A stretch of DNA of 33,756 bases, from positions 1 to 33,756 of the forward strand of contig CAYVWW010000001.1 of assembly GCA_964455605.1 (NCBI GenBank), in the 5' to 3' direction. The notes below the pieces were generated by a model. It saw nothing but the letters and a program-made list of their open reading frames with translations, made no database searches and was not told the origin of the DNA. The position numbers and the translations under genes were made by a program. The stretch comes from an uncultured Actinomycetota bacterium (GTDB lineage Bacteria > Actinomycetota > Humimicrobiia > Humimicrobiales > Humimicrobiaceae). Below, piece by piece: positions 7,960 through 15,035 of this stretch. How positions within the stretch are numbered: position 1 is the first letter of the stretch; every line of letters begins with the position of its first letter.

Positions 7960-9411
7960 CTAGCCCTTTAAAACTCCAAGAGGCCTCAATCTTGCCACTT
8001 TTTTTGATATCCCCGCGTTATGCGCTATATCGACCACCTCATTTACATCCTTGTATGCCTGGGGAGCCTCCTCTGCCAGTCCCTGCATGCTACCCGCCAT
8101 AACTATAATTCCCTTCTTTTCAAAAAGCTCTTTCTTCAGCACGCTCCCCTGAACGACTTTCTTCGCCTTTGTCCTGCTCATAAGCCTTCCTGCTCCATGG
8201 CACGTGGAACCAAAACTCTCAGTCATTGCTTTTTGTGTGCCAGCAAGTATGTACGAATAGCGCCCCATATCGCCTGGAATTATTACCGGCTGTCCAATAT
8301 CTTTATACTTTTCCGGAATATCCCTGTGTCCCGGGGGGAATGCCCTTGTAGCTCCTTTTCTGTGCACGCAGACTTTTTTTACAGCACCATCGATATTATG
8401 CTCTTCAATCTTCGCTATATTATGAGACACATCATATATAAGATTTAAGCCCAATTTTTCCTGGGATTTGCCAAAAGACTTTTCCAGGACTTCCCTTGCC
8501 CAGCTGGCAAGACACTGCCTGTTTACCATGGCGTAATTAACGGCACATATCATTGCCCTGTAGTATCTCTTACCTTCTTCAGAATTTAAAGGAGCACATG
8601 CCAGTTGCCTGTCCTTGAGGTCTATCCCGTAGTTTGCGCTTGCCTGCTGCATCACTCTTAAATAATCGCTTGCTACCTGGTGCCCGAAACCCCTTGAGCC
8701 AGAATGTATCATAATGGTTACACCACCTTCTTCAAGATCCATGCAATCCGCAGCTTTCTTATCATAAATTTCATCTACCGCCTGGATCTCAAGGAAATGG
8801 TTACCTGACCCGAGAGTCCCTACCTGTTCAAGGCCTCTTTTCATTGCTGATGAGCTTATAAAATCGGTATTGCCGCCTTCCATGAACCCGCCTTCTTCTA
8901 TAAATAAGCTGTCCTCTGCCCAGCCGTAACCATTCTTAATTGCCCAATTAACACCTTTTTTTAACAATTCGGTTAGCTGGCTTTCTGAAAGTCTTATCTT
9001 TCCTCCTCCACCAACCCCCTTGGGTACGCTATATGATAAAATCCTCATAATTTCTTCAAGCTTGCCCTTTATATCCTCGTAACTTAAATTACTCCGCAAT
9101 ATCCTTACGCCGCAGGATATATCAAAGCCTACGCCTCCAGGCGAAATAACTCCATCCTCCTGCCCGAAAGCAGCTACTCCCCCTATAGGGAACCCGTAGC
9201 CATAATGTATGTCAGGCATAGCGAAAGAAGCTTTTATAATACCCGGAAGCGTGGCAACATTTATCACCTGGTCCAGAGTTCTCTCTTTTACCGCGTTATC
9301 CAGAAAATTTTTATCTGCAAAAACTATTCCCGGGACCCTCATACCATATTTTTCATCTTTTTCTATTTCCCACTTATAGTCACTTATTTTTTTAATGTTA
9401 TAACCGCTCAT
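7960..9411 (-). CDS. rtcB: RNA 3'-phosphate/2',3'-cyclic phosphate-5'-OH ligase RtcB
   Basis: 483 aa with GSGNHFLEIQ, HSGSRGFGHQ and TCHGAGR (the His that becomes guanylylated). Confidence 0.95.
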   Translation of the reverse strand: MSGYNIKKISDYKWEIEKDEKYGMRVPGIVFADKNFLDNAVKERTLDQVINVATLPGIIKASFAMPDIHYGYGFPIGGVAAFGQEDGVISPGGVGFDISCGVRILRSNLSYEDIKGKLEEIMRILSYSVPKGVGGGGKIRLSESQLTELLKKGVNWAIKNGYGWAEDSLFIEEGGFMEGGNTDFISSSAMKRGLEQVGTLGSGNHFLEIQAVDEIYDKKAADCMDLEEGGVTIMIHSGSRGFGHQVASDYLRVMQQASANYGIDLKDRQLACAPLNSEEGKRYYRAMICAVNYAMVNRQCLASWAREVLEKSFGKSQEKLGLNLIYDVSHNIAKIEEHNIDGAVKKVCVHRKGATRAFPPGHRDIPEKYKDIGQPVIIPGDMGRYSYILAGTQKAMTESFGSTCHGAGRLMSRTKAKKVVQGSVLKKELFEKKGIIVMAGSMQGLAEEAPQAYKDVNEVVDIAHNAGISKKVARLRPLGVLKG

Positions 9412-9428
9412 CTGAAACTCCCCCTCCG

Positions 9429-9887
9429 CTAAACATCGAAAATAACCCTTCCCTTCCAGTTCCCGCTTTCTTTGTCTTTACTTACTTCGAGTTTATGATA
9501 AGTTGCCGCTTTAACGCCAGCCCTTAATTTATGCCTTTGCAGGTCCATATGCTCGCCATATATTTCTGCCTTCAGCATCATGCTTCCGTCTTTTTCCTTA
9601 ATTTCTGCTATCCTGAAATCTGAAAATAACATATTGTTAACTTCATAAAGGTAAACCAGCCTATCAAGCCATGATATAACAAGGTCTTCATAATCGGCAT
9701 TTTTCACACTGACTGTAACAGTCTTTTTTACTACCGGCTTGATAGTTTTCAAATCACACATAATAGAAAACATTCCAGCTGCTGCATTCTCAAAAAGCTG
9801 CTCCAGTCTGCTACCATAAAAATCAATCCCGATATCAGAAAGATGCTCTATGTAACTGTATTTTTTTATGTTTATTTTATTTTTCAT
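9429..9887 (-). CDS. Archease (RtcB activator)
   Basis: YIEHLSDIGIDFYG (family consensus EHTADIG), GVKAATYHKLEV and the C-terminal VIFDV. The stop lies 17 nt upstream of rtcB. The ORF track starts at GTG 9893; I prefer ATG 9887. Confidence 0.9.
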   Translation of the reverse strand: MKNKINIKKYSYIEHLSDIGIDFYGSRLEQLFENAAAGMFSIMCDLKTIKPVVKKTVTVSVKNADYEDLVISWLDRLVYLYEVNNMLFSDFRIAEIKEKDGSMMLKAEIYGEHMDLQRHKLRAGVKAATYHKLEVSKDKESGNWKGRVIFDV

Positions 9888-10081
9888 GCCCACCCTTATA
9901 AATTTTTACAGGCGTTCAAGTTTACCAAATATTATTTAGACCAGTTTTCGCATACAGGTTAGCCGGAATATCTTTTACCGCAGATACAAAACACGGAACC
10001 TCTGCTTAAGGGAAAATATTCTCATTAAAAATCAAAATGAAATTCAGGCAAAATAATTAATTGAAAACCTCTTGCCGCAAA

Positions 10082-10522
10082 TCATTTACACCTGTAGAGT
10101 CCTATAAGCTCCGCCTTTTCGATAATCTTGCCCCTCATTTCCCTTTCTATATCTGCTGCCCTTTCGGAACTATCGATATCAAGTTCAGAGTTTAAGGCGT
10201 AAAGCTTAAAAAAATACCGGTGCGTCCCAGAAGGAGGACATGGCCCACCGTATCCCGAGCGACCAGAGTCGGTTAGTCCCTCTATCGAATCATCGGGGCA
10301 GCTATTTTTGGGGATTTCAGTGATACCAGGGTTTATATTCCATACCGTCCAGTGAACCCAAGTGCCTGCAGGCGCATCGGGGTCGTCAACAATTAATACC
10401 AGACTCTTAGCATTTTTAGGGACATCTATTATAGACAGAGGGGGACTCATATCTCTGCCATCGCAGGTGTATTCCGCCGGTATTAAACCATTATTCTCAA
10501 AAGCAGGGCTTTCAATTTTCAT
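10082..10522 (-). CDS. YbhB/YbcL-family PEBP (Raf kinase inhibitor-like) protein
   Basis: DDPDAPAGTWVHW and GYGGPCPPSGTHRYFFKLYAL. The ORF track starts at 10579. I prefer ATG 10522 (MKIESPAF), which is preceded by GGGAGG at 8 nt. Confidence 0.9.
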   Translation of the reverse strand: MKIESPAFENNGLIPAEYTCDGRDMSPPLSIIDVPKNAKSLVLIVDDPDAPAGTWVHWTVWNINPGITEIPKNSCPDDSIEGLTDSGRSGYGGPCPPSGTHRYFFKLYALNSELDIDSSERAADIEREMRGKIIEKAELIGLYRCK

Positions 10523-10790
10523 AAGAACACCTCCCGCACTTTTTAAACTTTTTTTACCCTTACATTTGAATATTATCACTTTTCATAAGCGATTTGTAGG
10601 TTACAGGAAGCATAACAAATAAAGAAATAAATAGTATAAATATTTATCTAAATCATTCCTACTGCAGGTGAATACAAAACATTTTTTTAAAACCCTTTTA
10701 ATTAAAATTCATAATAGGTATAGATTATGATAGAATGAATTTTGTTATTATCACTCTAAATAAAAAAAACGGGAAGCGCGGACACAGTTA

Positions 10791-11180
10791 ATGGATAAAG
10801 AAATATTAGATAAGCTAAATAAAAAATCAAAAGAGATTAATTCACTTAAGACCTTAAGCAACAGGGATTTTAAATTCAAGACCTGGCACGCAAGTACCAT
10901 AAATCTTTTGAAAATGCTTCCCAGGGATTTTATAAATGAAATAAACAATTTTAAGAAGCTATCCTTTTCAGATACCGGTTACCACCGTGGAGGAGGCCCA
11001 TTCAATCCGCTTGATAACACCAGGTATCTGGAAGACCTTGATAGCGCCAGCAAAATACTTAAAAAAATTATACCTGTAAAAAAAGAAAGTAAAGAAAAGA
11101 AATCCTCTGGAGCTAAAAAAGATACCACCCCAAAAAAAGAAGTAAAAAAAACTAAAAAAGAAACCGTAACTAAAAAATAA
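10791..11180 (+). CDS. Hypothetical protein with a Lys-rich C-terminal tail
   Basis: 129 aa ORF. Coding-like N-terminal 90 aa, then KKESKEKKSSGAKKDTTPKKEVKKTKKETVTKK. No family recognised and the RBS is weak. Confidence 0.5.
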   Translation: MDKEILDKLNKKSKEINSLKTLSNRDFKFKTWHASTINLLKMLPRDFINEINNFKKLSFSDTGYHRGGGPFNPLDNTRYLEDLDSASKILKKIIPVKKESKEKKSSGAKKDTTPKKEVKKTKKETVTKK

Positions 11181-11186
11181 AAGGTA

Positions 11187-12533
11187 CTAATTCTCTATCC
11201 TTGGATTTACCCATACTGCCCAGTCCTGGCCTGAAGAAGCTCCTGCTTTGACACCAATAATTATCTCTCCAGATTGGCCTACAAACGGGCTCAAGTCAAG
11301 ATTCAAGCTATTTAAAGCTCCGTCATAATTAGCGGGGTACCCACTGACACTTGTAATATAATGAACTACATATGAAGTGTCTCTAAATACAACAATAAAA
11401 CCAGCACCATCGGTTCCTGTTGCGCCACCTATAAAGCCTATTTCTGCTTTAAATCTCGCTCCTTCCGGTATTTCTAATATATCTCCGTATTCCCCACCTA
11501 TGAAACCGTAGCTTACCCACCTGGGATGAGTTTCAAGAACCTTAGTGTATGTGTTGTTGTCCTCTAATTTTATATTAGTCCTATAACATGCAAATCCACG
11601 GGGGTCCTCTAATCCCACATCCCACAGATGATCGTCTCCTACAGCATTATACCAATTTGCACCCGGTGCTTCTTCTAACATGTCATAAAGAAAATGCACA
11701 TATATATTTTCAGACTTGCTGGCTTCCCCGCCCTTTCCATCAGATACCGTAACTGTAACCTTATAGTCTCCACATGTTGAAGGAGTGGTCCAGTTAATAT
11801 TCTGCGCATGTAAATCATCTATCGTGCCACCAGTGACAGTCCAGTTATATGTTAGAGTATCTCCATCCGGGTCAGAAGCGCTAACACTTAATCCATATTT
11901 CCTATTTATATATTTAGTACCCATTACGGTTATCTCTGATATTTCAGGCAGATTGTTTGGTATCGGGCATCCCCAGCTTAAGGCAATAGAATCCTCCGCA
12001 GTTCCTTCCGAATTGGTAGCAGTAGCAGTAAGAGTATATGTTTCGGAGGGGTCACTTAAGTTGACCTGCGCTTTCTTACTTCCCCATGCACCGCCGCTAT
12101 CATCCTTGCTCCACTCAATTGTAGGAGCGGGAGTTCCCGTAACATTCGCCTGGACTCTGTAGTAGCATAAACCATCGGCAGGCGTTGGTCCTTCATATAT
12201 TTCCAGAGTTATGGTAGGGGCTTCCTTTTCTATTTCTTCTCCTTCTTCTTCACCGGCCTCTTCTGCGTTTCCTTCTTCTCCAGATTCCTCTTCAGCTTCT
12301 TTTCCCTCTTCTTCTCCCTCTCCGGCTTCTTCTGCTCCCTCTTCTTCTGTTCTCCCCTCCTCTGATTCTTCCTTATCTCCAGAGTCTTCTTCCACCCCTT
12401 CTTTTTCTTCTGAAGTTTCCATCCTGCACTGGTTGGATATTATTGAGGTTCCAAAAACAAACACTACTGCCAGGGCAGCAACAAGCACTACAGAAATTAT
12501 GGTTATCGTTATATAAAGTTTTCTTTTATTCAT
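11187..12533 (-). CDS. Membrane-anchored surface protein: N-terminal TM helix, Glu-rich linker, two Ig/PKD-like domains, C-terminal beta-rich domain of unknown family
   Basis: Hydrophobic N-terminus ITITIISVVLVAALAVVFVF. About 65 aa of E/G-rich low complexity. SASDPDGDTLTYNWTVTGG..YKVTVTVSDGKGG is PKD-like. Confidence 0.75.
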   Translation of the reverse strand: MNKRKLYITITIISVVLVAALAVVFVFGTSIISNQCRMETSEEKEGVEEDSGDKEESEEGRTEEEGAEEAGEGEEEGKEAEEESGEEGNAEEAGEEEGEEIEKEAPTITLEIYEGPTPADGLCYYRVQANVTGTPAPTIEWSKDDSGGAWGSKKAQVNLSDPSETYTLTATATNSEGTAEDSIALSWGCPIPNNLPEISEITVMGTKYINRKYGLSVSASDPDGDTLTYNWTVTGGTIDDLHAQNINWTTPSTCGDYKVTVTVSDGKGGEASKSENIYVHFLYDMLEEAPGANWYNAVGDDHLWDVGLEDPRGFACYRTNIKLEDNNTYTKVLETHPRWVSYGFIGGEYGDILEIPEGARFKAEIGFIGGATGTDGAGFIVVFRDTSYVVHYITSVSGYPANYDGALNSLNLDLSPFVGQSGEIIIGVKAGASSGQDWAVWVNPRIEN

Positions 12534-12756
12534 TGCATAACTCTATAAAATAAATATTTTTAATATACATAAGAAACGCCAGCTGATATATATAATATTA
12601 AATATTCTTTTGTTTTTTATATAACTATTAAAAAATAATTACAACTTTATAAAAATTATATAAAAAAATTACTATAAGCTATGTAGAAACCTGAGGGGTT
12701 TCTTAAAAGTATTCCGTCCTGGATATTAATTTATATCAAAAATTTTAATTTAGAAG

Positions 12757-13017
12757 CTAAATGTTATATATGTTTTTTTTATTACCAACTTTAATAACGA
12801 GAATAATAAGGTTGTTTTTACCAATGTCCATTATAACCCTGTAACCGGTGATTCTTAATTTGTAACCTGGATCGCCAACTAACTTGGTGATAAAAGCTTC
12901 GGGTCTTATTCTTATTCTCTCAAGCGAAGAAATAATTCTTTCCTGAATATTTCTTTCCAGTTTCATAAGTTGTTTTTTGGCTTTTAAGGAGAATATTATT
13001 TCATACAATAAAATCAC
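12757..13017 (-). CDS. RelE/ParE-superfamily type II toxin (mRNA interferase-like), with no cognate antitoxin gene
   Basis: YEIIFSLKAKKQLMKLERNIQERIISSLERI..LVGDPGYKLRITGYRVIMDI..NLIILVIKVGNKKNIY matches the RelE/StbE layout. The start is GTG 13017 or TTG 13008. Confidence 0.75.
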   Translation of the reverse strand: MILLYEIIFSLKAKKQLMKLERNIQERIISSLERIRIRPEAFITKLVGDPGYKLRITGYRVIMDIGKNNLIILVIKVGNKKNIYNI

Positions 13018-13072
13018 CGGATATCTATTTTATATCTAGCTTTCTTTTTAATTTTCACCATTTATAATTAAT

Positions 13073-13102
13073 ATTATACCAGGCGCTATAGCTTACTATA
13101 GC
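13073..13102 (-). promoter_or_regulatory. Extended -10 promoter (TGGTATAAT) plus two CTATAGC repeats 11 bp apart, upstream of relE
   Basis: The minus strand reads GCTATAGtaaGCTATAGcgccTGGTATAAT. A 15-codon ORF starts about 12 nt downstream. Confidence 0.4.
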
Positions 13103-13226
13103 ATTCTATAATCTAATTATTCATGTTGTTATTAATTGACAGAATTGCAATGTATATTTCATTTATATAGAAATATCTGGTATTCATTGAAAAGCTAAAA
13201 ATAAATTAGCTCGGATTTTTATCATT

Positions 13227-13334
13227 TGGCTGGCCCGGGTAGTGAAATTTCGAACCGGATTATAAAGGAATTAATAAATTTGAAAGACCTGTTTAGTAAT
13301 TAAATAATATTATATTTTACTGGCTACCCGCCAA
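13227..13334 (-). pseudogene. Decayed tRNA-Gln-like relic (acceptor 5' end and D-stem start, AT-rich filler, T-loop, 3' end ..CCAGCCA)
   Basis: The minus strand reads TGGCGGG-TA-GCCAG...CCGGTTCGAAATTTCACTACCCGGGCCAGCCA. There is a GGTTCGAAA T-loop and a U1/A72/G73/CCA-type end. The T-stem does not pair and the element is about 108 nt long, so it is not a functional tRNA. Confidence 0.3.
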
Positions 13335-13451
13335 ACACAATGTTAGAGTAAGGTGTATAAGCTTAAATAAAAAATATTTTTATACCTGAATTAGGCTTAT
13401 AGAATATGGGCTATACTATCTTTATCTTAGTTCCTATTTCCAGAAGAAAGT

Positions 13452-14618
13452 TTACTTCTGCCAGTTGTGCCAAAGGTCATCGTTAATTCCATTACCGACA
13501 CCTTTAATAAAAACCTCCAGCCTCTCATCCTTATTTTTTCCAACAGCATAACTATTGGAAATACCAAGAACAGGTGGTTTGCCCATATTATGCCAGCTGC
13601 TCCAGGGACCTTTTTTTGATTCCGTTTGATACCTATACCAAATAGAAGATTCGAAGCTAATAGCGAATACCACAAGACAACCGTTACTATCACGTTCTGC
13701 AATAGGTTCATGCATTAATGGTACATTTCCTGGTTTCCCAAGACTATCCCAGTTTATCCAGGGGCCTCTACCAGGTTTTGGTTGATATCTATGCCATAAT
13801 GAACCTTTGCTGTAGTCTTTACCATTAAAATAATCTACAGCAAATACTTCCAAACGTCCATCACTATTCTGCCCCACCGCTACCGGTATTAAGTTAAGAG
13901 AGGTATTTGTGGGATTACCCATTTTACCCCAGCCAATCCATGGTCCTATACTGGGCTTGGATTGATACATATGCCATAAACTGCCCTTTGTAATAAAAAT
14001 TTCCAAACGGCCGTCACTATTTTGGCTTACTACAGCAGGCAGGTTAGTTAATGAATTAACACCTTTTGGTTTACCCATACTTGCCCACTTACTCCAGGCC
14101 CCTTTATTGGGTTTTTGCTGCCAGATATGCCAGATACCTTCTATATTTGAGGGCCAAACGGCTCCTGTAGCAAAGACCTCCAGTCTGCCATCACTATTTC
14201 GACCTACACCAATTCTATTAATTTTTACACTTTTGGAAGGTGCTCCTAAGTTATTCCAGGCAGCCCAAGGTCCTTTACTGGGTTTTGATTGAGATATGTG
14301 CCAGAGTTCACCTCCCATGTAAGGAGAGGTACCTACAGTATAGCCAGTTGCAAAAACCGCCAGACATCCATCTTGATTATTGAATACAACAGGATTATCA
14401 AAGTGTGAAATGCTGCTTGGCTTACCCAGACTTGACCACTTAGCCCACGGTCCTTTGCTGGGTTTTAGCTGATATGTATGCCACAAGGCTCCATCTCCGC
14501 CGATGGCAAAAATTTCCAGTCTTCCATCACTATTATTACCAGCAGCAATTATATCGTCACTTAGGCCGCATTTAGGCCTACCCATACTTGCCCAACCACT
14601 CCAGATGTATTTACTCAT
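13452..14618 (-). CDS. Seven-bladed beta-propeller repeat protein, PLL/DUF346/fucose-lectin-like
   Basis: Seven repeats of N-S-D-G-R-L-E-[VI]-F..G.LWH..Q.KP..GPW..W.S.GKP. The N-terminal WSGWASMGRP strand could close the propeller. No signal peptide. I prefer ATG 14618 (GGAG 9 nt upstream) over the track start at 14627. Confidence 0.8.
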   Translation of the reverse strand: MSKYIWSGWASMGRPKCGLSDDIIAAGNNSDGRLEIFAIGGDGALWHTYQLKPSKGPWAKWSSLGKPSSISHFDNPVVFNNQDGCLAVFATGYTVGTSPYMGGELWHISQSKPSKGPWAAWNNLGAPSKSVKINRIGVGRNSDGRLEVFATGAVWPSNIEGIWHIWQQKPNKGAWSKWASMGKPKGVNSLTNLPAVVSQNSDGRLEIFITKGSLWHMYQSKPSIGPWIGWGKMGNPTNTSLNLIPVAVGQNSDGRLEVFAVDYFNGKDYSKGSLWHRYQPKPGRGPWINWDSLGKPGNVPLMHEPIAERDSNGCLVVFAISFESSIWYRYQTESKKGPWSSWHNMGKPPVLGISNSYAVGKNKDERLEVFIKGVGNGINDDLWHNWQK

Positions 14619-14840
14619 AATAAACATCTCCTTTTTTAAATCTGAACTTTTTTATAAAAAGGATATTCCCAGTACTCATATTATAGTTATTATTACAGAT
14701 TGAAATAATAATGAAAATATTTTTAGAATAAGTTACTAGATATGGCCCAGTATTGCTAAAGAAGTGGCTTTTTTGTTTTTTAGTAATTGACCCTAAAGCT
14801 AAGCATTGTCCAGATTATACATCTGAGTTAAAGTATAATG

Positions 14841-14865
14841 TGGCTGGGGAGGGAGGATTTGAACC
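14841..14865 (-). pseudogene. 25-nt fragment identical in layout to the 3' end of a tRNA-Gln (half T-stem, T-loop, acceptor 3' strand, G73, CCA)
   Basis: The minus strand reads GGTTCAAATCCTCCCTCCCCAGCCA. Compare the E. coli tRNA-Gln 3' end GGUUCGAAUCCUCGUACCCCAGCCA. The sequence 5' of it is AT-rich and not tRNA-like. Confidence 0.45.
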
Positions 14866-14920
14866 ATAAATTACTTATTAATAAATATATCAATATAAAA
14901 TATCGATATATGTCTTAAGT

Positions 14921-15008
14921 TGGTGCCCGAGGCCGGAATCGAACCGGCACGAGGAAAAACCCCAACGGATTTTAAGTCCGTTGCGTCTACCAATTCCGCC
15001 ACTCGGGC
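14921..15008 (-). tRNA. tRNA-Leu (anticodon UAA), class II with a long variable arm, CCA encoded
   Basis: The minus strand reads GCCCGAG-TG-GCGGAATTGGTAGACGC-A-ACGGA-CTTAAAA-TCCGT-variable arm-GCCGG-TTCGATT-CCGGC-CTCGGGC-A-CCA. All stems pair. Confidence 0.95.
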
Positions 15009-15035
15009 ATACCGCAAATTTGCTGATTAATATTA

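Noticed and set aside
9894-10081. Sigma-54 promoter and RtcR-type control region upstream of archease-rtcB.
   Set aside because: No TGGCAC-N5-TTGCA-like element occurs on the minus strand, and no rtcR or rtcA gene is nearby.
12218-12413. Repetitive GAA/GGA-rich DNA that could be mistaken for a tandem repeat or CRISPR-like array.
   Set aside because: It is in-frame coding low complexity (a Glu/Gly linker) with no regular repeat-spacer periodicity. I saw no CRISPR repeats anywhere in the window.
12211-12516. Ser/Pro-rich 101-aa plus-strand ORF.
   Set aside because: It is the mirror image of the GAA/GAG-rich (Glu-rich) linker of the minus-strand PKD protein, so it is a compositional artefact.
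13236-13330. A 7-bp helix (CGGGTAG with CTACCCG) enclosing 81 nt, read as a possible plus-strand structured RNA ending in CCA.
   Set aside because: The interior has no tRNA-like arms on the plus strand. The same pairing is better explained as the residual acceptor stem of a minus-strand tRNA-Gln-like relic.
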